A stretch of 64,000 bases of DNA from contig CAJMLN010000007.1 of the NCBI GenBank assembly GCA_905214315.1, positions 392-64,391 of the forward strand. Reading direction: 5' to 3'. The notes under the pieces were generated by a model. It did not search any database. It had not been told where the DNA came from and saw nothing but the letters and a program-made list of their open reading frames with translations. The translations under genes and the position numbers were made by a program. The DNA is from an uncultured bacterium (GTDB taxonomy: Bacteria; Bacillota; Clostridia; Christensenellales; QALW01). Shown here one piece after another: positions 55,876 to 63,660 of the stretch (position 1 is the stretch's first letter; every line of letters begins with the position of its first letter).

Positions 55876-56538
55876 TCAGAACGGATGAAAGCTGATTGCT
55901 ATATCTCCGTTGTTGGCGGATACCGATAATTTTTTTGTACCGTTTTCTTTTAACGCGGGAAGATTGCTTTCACCTTTTTTGATATCGCAGGTAATGGCGT
56001 AGTCCTCATAGCTTCCGGCAATTGTGCCGCGGATGCTTCCGTTTTTCGCATTTAAGATAAGCTCCTTTTGCGGATTCAGCGCATCAAACAGAAGATTGCC
56101 GCCGTTGGAAGAGAGCGAGATTTTTTCTGCTCCGGCCAACGCCGAAAGGGAAATATCTTCGTTTGTAGTTGCAATTTCCAGCGTCGTTAGCTGTGCCTGG
56201 GGAATTTGTAGGAATATCTTTCGGTTTTCCGCGGCGGGTTTGGCACCGATGTAGTCGGACCAGTCTTTTTGGCTTGCAGAAGTCATGGTAAGCACCTGAT
56301 CTTCGGAAAGAGAAATATCATAGAATTCTTTGCTGCTTTCCCGGTAGCTGATGTGGATCTGATCGTCGCTTGAGAGGGATACTTCTATCGCTCTGTCGCG
56401 CACGTCAATATGGATTTCACGGATCTGGGACGCGTCTGCCGTATAGTCTTTCTGCGTAAACTGCGGTTCGCTGTCGGTGCAGCCGGCAAGCAGCAGAATC
56501 GACAGTACAAGGGAAAGAACGAGTATTGTTTTTTTCAT
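55876..56538 (-). CDS. Lipoprotein with beta-strand repeat domain (DUF4097/putative-adhesin-like)
   Basis: I chose the start MKKTILVLSLVLSILLLAGC (lipobox LAGC). Repetitive segments of the form I-x-L-S-S-x-x-G. Confidence 0.6.
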   Translation of the reverse strand: MKKTILVLSLVLSILLLAGCTDSEPQFTQKDYTADASQIREIHIDVRDRAIEVSLSSDDQIHISYRESSKEFYDISLSEDQVLTMTSASQKDWSDYIGAKPAAENRKIFLQIPQAQLTTLEIATTNEDISLSALAGAEKISLSSNGGNLLFDALNPQKELILNAKNGSIRGTIAGSYEDYAITCDIKKGESNLPALKENGTKKLSVSANNGDIAISFHPF

Positions 56539-56616
56539 TTTTAATTCCTCCTGTTTTTTTATGGTGCATAAGCGCCGAAGAGGGCTTTTTAGCGGATGTT
56601 TCAGATATTCAGGCTG

Positions 56617-56645
56617 TTGCCTTTCAGACGCGCTTGTGCTATAAT
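56617..56645 (+). promoter_or_regulatory. Candidate promoter of the MerR-family gene, with downstream palindrome TTTGTGT-t-ACACAAA (56658-56672)
   Basis: TTGCCT-17 nt-TATAAT. A perfect 7+7 inverted repeat lies 13 nt downstream. Confidence 0.4.
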
Positions 56646-56694
56646 GAATTATAAACCTTTGTGTTACACAAATGTCAAGGAGAAAATTGAGACA

Positions 56695-57501
56695 ATGCAA
56701 AAATATTTTTCAGTAGGCGAAGCTGCAAAACTTGCAGATATGACCAGTGAGACCCTTCGTTATTATGACCGTATTGGTTTGGTAAAACCGGAGAAAAAAG
56801 ACGAGTGGACAAAATACCGCTATTATACCCGGCAGGATATTGTCTTGCTGCATACGGTGCGCGCTCTACAGCAGATGGATTTGTCCCTTCAGGAAATCCG
56901 GCGGGTATTAGCGTATGATGATCTTGAAAAAATTATAGAATTTTTAGCGCTGGCGGAAAAAAAGGCGGATCAGAAAATTGCACAAATTCAGCAAAGCAAG
57001 GCTAAAATTCAGTTGGCCAAGGTGGATTATGAGCAAAAGAGAGACCGGCGGAAAACCGGTAAGGAGCGGTTTGTTCAAACCTTTCCCATGCGCGCCATTT
57101 TACTTTCCGATACCCTGGAAGCTCCTACGCTTGACACGCTATGGAACTATCTCGGCTATTTTTACAAGCAGGTAGGCGCGGAAAAAGACCGGTTTGCCTT
57201 TGAAGATCAGGCGGGGATTTATACGGGAAAGGACGGCTCGCGTATGTTTGCCGTGTGTACCCGCTATGCGGAAACGGAGGGACTGCTCTATTTGCCGGCG
57301 GGAAACTATCTGTGTGCGGACTGTACCGAAGAGGACAGGGAACGCGTATGGAACGCTTTAGTAGAGACGGCTAAGCGGGAATACGGTATCGAGCCGGAGT
57401 TTGGATTGCAGATGATTGTTGTTTCCGGTATTTTGCAGTGGCAATATCAGCTTCAGCTCTTGGTAGAGGAAGAAAAAAATTTTCCTCCGGCAGATGCCTG
57501 A
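56695..57501 (+). CDS. MerR-family transcriptional regulator with C-terminal effector-binding (GyrI-like) domain
   Basis: MQKYFSVGEAAKLADMTSETLRYYDRIGLVKP HTH, a coiled-coil linker, and a C-terminal domain of about 150 aa. Confidence 0.8.
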   Translation: MQKYFSVGEAAKLADMTSETLRYYDRIGLVKPEKKDEWTKYRYYTRQDIVLLHTVRALQQMDLSLQEIRRVLAYDDLEKIIEFLALAEKKADQKIAQIQQSKAKIQLAKVDYEQKRDRRKTGKERFVQTFPMRAILLSDTLEAPTLDTLWNYLGYFYKQVGAEKDRFAFEDQAGIYTGKDGSRMFAVCTRYAETEGLLYLPAGNYLCADCTEEDRERVWNALVETAKREYGIEPEFGLQMIVVSGILQWQYQLQLLVEEEKNFPPADA

Positions 57502-57561
57502 GGAAAAAGAAGCCGTTGGTTTGTGTTCTGGTCCTGTAAAAATAACTTGTCCGAATCCATA

Positions 57562-57882
57562 AAAAAGAGCGCTTCAGCGCTCTTTTTCTTACTTAAATTC
57601 CCGGGAATAAATCAGGGTGCCGTCTTTGGAGAGATATTCAATGACAATGGATTCCGCCGAGGGGATTTCTGCTTTTAATAGTGCCAGTATCGAATCAAAG
57701 GTAGAGGCCGCGTCTTCCATTGATTGCTCTAAAGCGACCTTCATGGTGTCTATATCGGCCAAATCTTCGGCATACTGATAAACATATACTAAAGAATTTC
57801 CTCTTGCTTCCACCTTCATGTTTAGGCCCTGCGCTGCCAGGGATGCTGTCATCTCGTCAATTTCAGACTGTACGCTGGCAAT
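57562..57882. repeat. Direct repeat copy A (terminator plus 3' approximately 290 nt of the lipoprotein gene)
   Basis: It aligns with 59391-59711 at a constant offset of 1829 nt. By eye, 57582-57822 is identical to copy B. Mismatches are scattered from there to about 57882. Confidence 0.9.
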
Positions 57883-58221
57883 ATATTCCGCCAAAGTGGG
57901 CATTTTTGCAGTAGGTGCAGGTGTTGCTGTTTGGGTGGGTTTAGGCGTTACCACAACGGTGGGAACAGGTTTCTGGGTAGGTTTTTGAGTAGGTTTAGGG
58001 GTTGCCTTCCGGGTGGCTTGCGGCGTGGCGGAAAGAACTGGGGAAGGCTCTGTATCGGTTGCAGTGGGGGCTGTAGCAGGAGCGGTGAGGGCGGGAAATG
58101 CCGTTGCCTCAGCGGTTGCAGTGGGGGTGGAGAGAACTTTTGCATCTGCTTCCGTATTGCCGCAGGCAGCAGAGGAAAGGCACAGCCAAAGCACAAGAAA
58201 AACAGTGATCACTTTTTTCAT
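57589..58221 (-). CDS. Lipoprotein, paralog 1 (long Pro/Thr-rich linker)
   Basis: Signal peptide plus lipobox LSSAAC. PT-rich repeats TPKPTQKPTQKPVPTVVVTPKPTQ. The C-terminal approximately 95 aa is identical to the product of 59418-59885. Confidence 0.75.
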   Translation of the reverse strand: MKKVITVFLVLWLCLSSAACGNTEADAKVLSTPTATAEATAFPALTAPATAPTATDTEPSPVLSATPQATRKATPKPTQKPTQKPVPTVVVTPKPTQTATPAPTAKMPTLAEYIASVQSEIDEMTASLAAQGLNMKVEARGNSLVYVYQYAEDLADIDTMKVALEQSMEDAASTFDSILALLKAEIPSAESIVIEYLSKDGTLIYSREFK

Positions 58222-58351
58222 GGTATTTTCTCCAATCGAATGATTTTATTGTATTATACGAAAAAAGAATTTTTTTGTCAATACCGGTATTTTTAAATAT
58301 GCTGAAATACTCCTTTTTCGATTTTTATCCTTTCTTTTCCATACAAAAATA

Positions 58352-58388
58352 TACACCTCAAAAGTTAGACACTTTTGAGGTGTATTTC
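58352..58388 (-). terminator. Hairpin terminator downstream of the XRE gene
   Basis: Perfect 13-bp stem ACACCTCAAAAGT-TAGAC-ACTTTTGAGGTGT, with a T-rich tract following on the minus strand. Confidence 0.55.
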
Positions 58389-58528
58389 AAAAATATGGAC
58401 TTTTGAAATCGAGTAATTTTATGTGGGGTCTGATAGCAGAAAAAGGAGATATGGTTTTGATGTGAGATGCCTTTTCATTTTTGTGAGATATACAAGTTTA
58501 AATTATTTTTTTCAATAAGTATAATTTT

Positions 58529-59038
58529 TTACACTTTTTTCTTTATTGCAACTATTCCAATGATTGCACCAAGCAGGATGAATGGAGCTGTTCTAATGAA
58601 TAACCACTCAAATACATGTAATGCCACTCCAATAACTGCTGTTTCAGGATTGCTATAATCCCAACTCAAATAAGGACTACCTAAAAAAATTATGACTGCA
58701 AAAATAATTCCTATAAATACGCACACTAAAGCGAAAAAAACTTGAAGCATTTTTTGTTTTGCCGCTTTTCGTTGTGCTAATTGCTGATTAATGATTTTCA
58801 ATTTTTCAGCAATAACTTTTATATCATCAGCCTTTGTTTCAATAATTGTTTCTCCAAGTAATATACTTACAGGTGTTTCTAAAATTTCCGATATAGTAAG
58901 CAACATGTCAGAATCAGGAACAGATAATCCATTTTCCCATTTTGAAACCGTTTGTCGTACTACATTTAGTTTAATAGCAAATTCTTCCTGAGAAAGTCCT
59001 TTTGATTTTCTAATTGCCTTAATGTTTTCGTTTAGCAT
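58529..59038 (-). CDS. XRE (Cro/CI)-family HTH regulator with two C-terminal transmembrane helices
   Basis: IKAIRKSKGLSQEEFAIKLNVVRQTVSKWENG HTH. Hydrophobic segments VFFALVCVFIGIIFAVIIFL and FILLGAIIGIVAI. It lies in an AT-rich segment. Confidence 0.8.
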   Translation of the reverse strand: MLNENIKAIRKSKGLSQEEFAIKLNVVRQTVSKWENGLSVPDSDMLLTISEILETPVSILLGETIIETKADDIKVIAEKLKIINQQLAQRKAAKQKMLQVFFALVCVFIGIIFAVIIFLGSPYLSWDYSNPETAVIGVALHVFEWLFIRTAPFILLGAIIGIVAIKKKV

Positions 59039-59390
59039 TTTGAATAACCTCCTTTTTTATTATCTTATTATCATTATTGTATGATGAATCGCCCATTGCT
59101 GCAAGCAACGTAAATTAACATTTCAATCAAACTAGTTTTGCCTATTTGAATTATCTCAATGCATGATATAATCCTCAACGAAAATTTAAAATCTTATATT
59201 GTAACTGAAAAAGAGCATAGAAAAAGGTTTGCCATATATATGGCAAGCCTTGAAAGTATTAGAATATCTATCAAAATATATAGTTATATATTAAAACTGT
59301 ATAACTATATGCTCTGATTACTTAGGTGATGAATTCTAAAAAAGGATATTTTATAGGGAATCACAGAAATGCTTTTCATATTGAAAAAGT

Positions 59391-59711
59391 AAAAAGAGCG
59401 CTCAGCCGCTCTTTTTCTTACTTAAATTCCCGGGAATAAATCAGGGTGCCGTCTTTGGAGAGATATTCAATGACAATGGATTCCGCCGAGGGGATTTCTG
59501 CTTTTAATAGTGCCAGTATCGAATCAAAGGTAGAGGCCGCGTCTTCCATTGATTGCTCTAAAGCGACCTTCATGGTGTCTATATCGGCCAAATCTTCGGC
59601 ATACTGATAAACATATACTAAAGAATTTCCTCTTGCTTCCACCTTCATGTTCAGGCCCTGCGCTGCCAGGGAAGCCGTCATCTCATCAATTTCAGACTGT
59701 ATGCTGGCAAT
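59391..59711. repeat. Direct repeat copy B
   Basis: See copy A. Confidence 0.9.
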
Positions 59712-59885
59712 GTAGGTTTCTAACGTAACGGCAGACTCCGCGGGCTCGGTAGCTTCCGGCGTTGCGGTGGCCGCTTTTGTGGGGGCAAGGGTCGGGGTTG
59801 CTTCTGCGTTATTTTCGGTATCACCGCAGGCGGCGAAGGAAAGGCAGAGCAGAAATACTAAAAAAACAGATGTGATTTTTTTCAT
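59418..59885 (-). CDS. Lipoprotein, paralog 2 (short linker)
   Basis: Signal peptide plus lipobox LSFAAC. Its C-terminal domain is identical to paralog 1. Confidence 0.75.
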   Translation of the reverse strand: MKKITSVFLVFLLCLSFAACGDTENNAEATPTLAPTKAATATPEATEPAESAVTLETYIASIQSEIDEMTASLAAQGLNMKVEARGNSLVYVYQYAEDLADIDTMKVALEQSMEDAASTFDSILALLKAEIPSAESIVIEYLSKDGTLIYSREFK

Positions 59886-59960
59886 AATATTTCTCCTATT
59901 TCATAATATCTTTTCTATTATAGGAAAGATTTTGTATTCCGTCAAGCAGTATTGCATTTT

Positions 59961-60674
59961 TCAGTGCAGGGAAAGAAGAAAGTCCTGGCCGTCCTCTATA
60001 ATGCCGGAAGCCCGGCTCTTGATCGGCTCTGCGGCGGAAGAAACCGCAAAGCGCTGCTCGGCAAACGGCAGCATCGGCAGGTCATTTTCACCGTCAAACA
60101 GGACGGCGGTCTGGGAAGACTGAATGGAAAATTTTTGCATCAGTCTTCGGAGTGCGCCTCCCTTATCGGCGTCCCCGGCACAGAATTCTATAAAAGTATC
60201 ATCGTCAAAACAGCAGCGCAGCCCTGCTTTTTCGGCTGTTTGCGCCAAAGCCGACGCGGAATGTCCGTTCTTTACAAAAATCAGCTTAAAGATATCGCTG
60301 CTGAGGAAGAACGGCAGCAAAAGCTGTTCCGCCTTTACCGTGTGAATTTCCTCCCGCAGGACGGCGAGGGGTGTGAGGCCGGCCTCCAGTGCGGCGGCAC
60401 AAAGACGCTTGGCCACGGCCGGATCAATAGTGCGCTTATACAGCACGCAGTTCCTGTACATAATCTGCGCGCCGTCGCTGCAGATAAAAATCACTTCACC
60501 CGCCGCCGGTGCAAAGAGCGTTTTAAGCTGGCTGTAAGGTCTTCCGCTGGCAACGGCAAACAGGGTACCGCGGTTCGTTACACTATGCAGTTTTGTAAAA
60601 AACTCCGGCGAAAGCGTTTGTTTGTTTTCCGTAACAAGCGTTCCGTCATAGTCTGAAACGATGAGGCGATACAT
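59961..60674 (-). CDS. HAD-IIB (Cof-type) phosphatase
   Basis: MYRLIVSDYDGTLV (DxD motif I) and GENDLPML (motif IV). 237 aa. Confidence 0.75.
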   Translation of the reverse strand: MYRLIVSDYDGTLVTENKQTLSPEFFTKLHSVTNRGTLFAVASGRPYSQLKTLFAPAAGEVIFICSDGAQIMYRNCVLYKRTIDPAVAKRLCAAALEAGLTPLAVLREEIHTVKAEQLLLPFFLSSDIFKLIFVKNGHSASALAQTAEKAGLRCCFDDDTFIEFCAGDADKGGALRRLMQKFSIQSSQTAVLFDGENDLPMLPFAEQRFAVSSAAEPIKSRASGIIEDGQDFLLSLH

Positions 60675-60682
60675 GCAATTCC

Positions 60683-60711
60683 TTTCAAAAAAAGACGGAG
60701 TATTCCGTCTT
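60683..60711. terminator. Hairpin with flanking A/T runs between pduL and the HAD gene
   Basis: AAAAAAAGACGGA-GTAT-TCCGTCTTTTATT. Confidence 0.5.
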
Positions 60712-61365
60712 TTATTCTTTTACGATTTTTACAAAAGATTTTCCGCTTAAGCCTGCGGCATTGGCGTCGTCGGTATCCAGGTGCATTTCCAGACGGAAAT
60801 CCTTATGCACGCGCACCTGTACGTCATAAAAGCGGGTGCGCCGTTCGCCGACGGCATCAACGGTTACGTAGTCGTTATCCTTTACACCGAAGCGGATCCC
60901 GTCCTCTAAACTCATATGAATATGACGGTTGGCAATAATGCAGCCTTCGGTCAGCGTTACAACGCCCTTAGGGCCGATAATCGTAATCGGCGCGCTGCCG
61001 GAAATCTTTCCGCTTTCCCTTACCGGAGGTTTAACCTTTAAGGTAAAGGAATCCGTACGGGAAATTTCTACCTGTGACGCCTTGCGCATCGGGCCTAAAA
61101 CGCGTACATTTTCAATCGGCCGCAAAGACGGGCCTACAATGGTCAGCGTTTCTTTGCACGCGTACTGGCCGGGCTGGGAAAGATCCTTCAGGGGGGTCAG
61201 CTCATATCCGGCGCCGAAGAGAATGTCCACGTGCTCTCTGGTCAGATGGATATGACGGTTGGAAACCCCTACGGGAATATCGCCGGCCGCATCGGATGCG
61301 TTTCCATCCTTTTCGCTGAGTGCCTTAATGACAGCCTCGGTAATTGCAGCAATATTTACATCCAT
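60712..61365 (-). CDS. pduL: Phosphate propanoyl/acyl-transferase PduL
   Basis: Duplicated PduL signature GVSNRHIHLTREH and IANRHIHMSLED. The N-terminal amphipathic helix VNIAAITEAVIKALSEK followed by a linker looks like an encapsulation peptide. Confidence 0.9.
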   Translation of the reverse strand: MDVNIAAITEAVIKALSEKDGNASDAAGDIPVGVSNRHIHLTREHVDILFGAGYELTPLKDLSQPGQYACKETLTIVGPSLRPIENVRVLGPMRKASQVEISRTDSFTLKVKPPVRESGKISGSAPITIIGPKGVVTLTEGCIIANRHIHMSLEDGIRFGVKDNDYVTVDAVGERRTRFYDVQVRVHKDFRLEMHLDTDDANAAGLSGKSFVKIVKE

Positions 61366-61379
61366 TTTTGCAAGCTCCT

Positions 61380-62849
61380 TTAAATAATTCTAAAGCTGTC
61401 CGCCATAACGCAGCGGCGTTTCCGGGTAAAGCTTCTGGCGCTGGTCAGGCCCTCGCCTGTGGGGCCTGCGATGGTAAAGGTCGTGTGGCCCTCGCCGCCG
61501 AAGCCGATACCTGCATAGCTGGGAGCGTTTTTGACAAAAATCGTGGTTTCTACAGCTGAGGCGAACTTTGTAAGGTTATCAATATTTTTTGAGTGCATAT
61601 GCGCGGTGTGGCGATTGCCGTGTTCGGCCTTTACGGCCAGATCCACGGCCTCGTCAATCGATTCTACCGTTACAATGGGCAGAATCGGCATCATCAGCTC
61701 TTCCTGCACAAAGGGATGCTCAAAGGGCGCTTCGCAGATCAGGCAGCGCACGTCCGAAGGCAGCGTTTTGCCGTTTTCCAGCATGGCATAAATCACTGCG
61801 GCATCGCGTCCTACGCATTTGCGGTTTACGGTTTTCTTGACCTTTCCGGTCTTTTTATCGGTTATTTCTACCAGTACAATGCCGGCCAGCTTATCGGCCT
61901 CTTCTTTGGTAAGCATATAGGCGCCGTTCTTCAGCATTTCGGTAATCAGCTGATCCTTGATGCTTTTGAAGGCGAAAACTTCTTTTTCGGCAATGCAGGG
62001 AAGGTTGTTGTCAAAGGTGCAGCCGTCGATGATGTCCTTGCCGGCCTTGATAATATCGGCTGTATCATCTACGATAACCGGCGGGTTTCCTGCGCCTGCG
62101 CCGATGGCTTTCTTTCCCGAGGAAAGAACGGAACGTACAACGCCCGGACCGCCGGTACATACTAAAAGCCGGATGGCGGGATGGGCGTACATGGTTGAGG
62201 CAGAATCCAGCGTGGGTTTATCCATGGAGGCAACCAGGACCTTGGGGCCGCCGGCGGAATAACAGGCTCGGTTTACAAGGTCTACAGCATAATTGGAGGT
62301 ACAGATTGCGCCGGGGTGGGGATTAAATACTACGCCGTTGCCTGCGGCAATCATACCGATGCTGTTGCAGATTACAGTTTCCGAGGGGTTGGTGCTGGGG
62401 GTGATGGCGCCTACAACACCAAACGGCGCCATTTCCACTAAGGTAAGGCCGTTGTCGCCGGTTCTGGCTTCGGAGACGATATCCTCGGTTCCCGGCGTTT
62501 TATCCGCTACTAAAATGTGCTTCAGGCGCTTATGCTCCACACGGCCCATGCCGGTTTCCTTTACACCCAGCTCGGCAAGCGTCTGCGCTTCCCTGCGGGT
62601 CAGCTCGCGAATTGCCGTTATGATCTTTTCCCGCTGTTCCACGCTCATGGCGCGCACCGCCTTATAGCCCTCCTGCGCGGCGGCAATGGCATCGTTCATA
62701 TCCGAATAGATGCCGATCAGCTTTCTGCTGTTGTATTCCGTGCTGGTATAGGTGAGCGTTCCCTTGCTCTCCGCAGCGGCGTTTCCGCCTATATTGGAAA
62801 TGACCTGTCTTACAATTTCTTCGATTTGCGATTGTTTTAGTTCCGCCAT
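61380..62849 (-). CDS. CoA-acylating aldehyde dehydrogenase (PduP/EutE type)
   Basis: 489 aa. Catalytic-Cys context NNLPCIAEKE. The N-terminal amphipathic helix SQIEEIVRQVISNI plus a Gly/Ala linker looks like an encapsulation peptide. Confidence 0.9.
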   Translation of the reverse strand: MAELKQSQIEEIVRQVISNIGGNAAAESKGTLTYTSTEYNSRKLIGIYSDMNDAIAAAQEGYKAVRAMSVEQREKIITAIRELTRREAQTLAELGVKETGMGRVEHKRLKHILVADKTPGTEDIVSEARTGDNGLTLVEMAPFGVVGAITPSTNPSETVICNSIGMIAAGNGVVFNPHPGAICTSNYAVDLVNRACYSAGGPKVLVASMDKPTLDSASTMYAHPAIRLLVCTGGPGVVRSVLSSGKKAIGAGAGNPPVIVDDTADIIKAGKDIIDGCTFDNNLPCIAEKEVFAFKSIKDQLITEMLKNGAYMLTKEEADKLAGIVLVEITDKKTGKVKKTVNRKCVGRDAAVIYAMLENGKTLPSDVRCLICEAPFEHPFVQEELMMPILPIVTVESIDEAVDLAVKAEHGNRHTAHMHSKNIDNLTKFASAVETTIFVKNAPSYAGIGFGGEGHTTFTIAGPTGEGLTSARSFTRKRRCVMADSFRII

Positions 62850-62869
62850 ATCATTGCCTCCGAAAAATT

Positions 62870-63643
62870 TTATTTCTCTGTATTTTCGTATACAATCTCT
62901 ACACCATTCTGTTTCAGCCGGTCAAGCCAAAGCTCGTTGGGCTTACGTTCGGTTATAATCGTATCCACCTCATGAAAGCCGCAAACCTTCACAAAGGAGG
63001 ATTTATCAAATTTTGAGCTGTCTGCCGCCAAAAGCCTGCGGTTTGCCGATTTGAAAAAAGCTTTTTTGATTTCAGCGTCGCGCTCGTTGGAATCGGTTAC
63101 GCCGTTTACGGCGTCAAGTCCCTTGCAGGAGCATACCGCCAGATCCACATGAAAGCCCGACACCATTTTTTCGGCCTGATAGCCTACCAGGGAAAGGCCG
63201 CCCTCTTTCAGCATACCGCCGGTAGAGAGAATGTTCCAGTCCGCTTTATTGCACAGCTCAAGCAAAATTTCTATGCTGTTGGTAATCAGGGTAATATTTT
63301 TTTTGTGCAGAATATTCTTGATCACACACAGCGCCGTTGTGCTGGAATCCAGCATAATATAGTCGCCGTCATGGATCATATTGCCGATTAAGGCGGCGAT
63401 ATACTGCTTGCTCTCTACGTTTGTCTGCTTACGCACATGGAACGGCAGATCAATATTAAAATTGTCGTTTTTAATGGCACCGCCATAGGTTTTGCGGGCC
63501 AGGCCGTCGTTATCAAGCTTTTCAAGGTCCCGGCGGATGGTCTCTTCGGTTACCTCAAATTCCTTGCTCAGGGTAGATACCAGGACCTTCCCTTCGGCGG
63601 CCAGCTTTGCCAGAATGGCATTTCTGCGTTCTATCGCAAGCAT
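62870..63643 (-). CDS. DeoR/GlpR-family transcriptional regulator
   Basis: N-terminal HTH RRNAILAKLAAEGKVLVSTLSKEFEVTEETIRRDLEKL and a C-terminal DeoR sugar-phosphate-binding-type domain. Confidence 0.85.
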   Translation of the reverse strand: MLAIERRNAILAKLAAEGKVLVSTLSKEFEVTEETIRRDLEKLDNDGLARKTYGGAIKNDNFNIDLPFHVRKQTNVESKQYIAALIGNMIHDGDYIMLDSSTTALCVIKNILHKKNITLITNSIEILLELCNKADWNILSTGGMLKEGGLSLVGYQAEKMVSGFHVDLAVCSCKGLDAVNGVTDSNERDAEIKKAFFKSANRRLLAADSSKFDKSSFVKVCGFHEVDTIITERKPNELWLDRLKQNGVEIVYENTEK

Positions 63644-63660
63644 ATATTCACCTTAATCAA

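Noticed and set aside
57931-58296. 121-aa and 76-aa plus-strand Gly/Arg/Cys-rich ORFs
   Set aside because: They are antisense to the Pro/Thr-rich linker of lipoprotein paralog 1. This is a low-complexity mirror of a repetitive coding region.
59159-59317. 52-codon plus-strand ORF divergent from the XRE gene (MHDIILNENLKSYIVTEKEH...), a possible small toxin or Cro-like partner
   Set aside because: It has no RBS. Its ATG sits inside an extended -10-like TGATATAAT. The ORF is mostly AT-rich hairpin sequence. It can only be confirmed by ribosome profiling or homology, so I did not call it.
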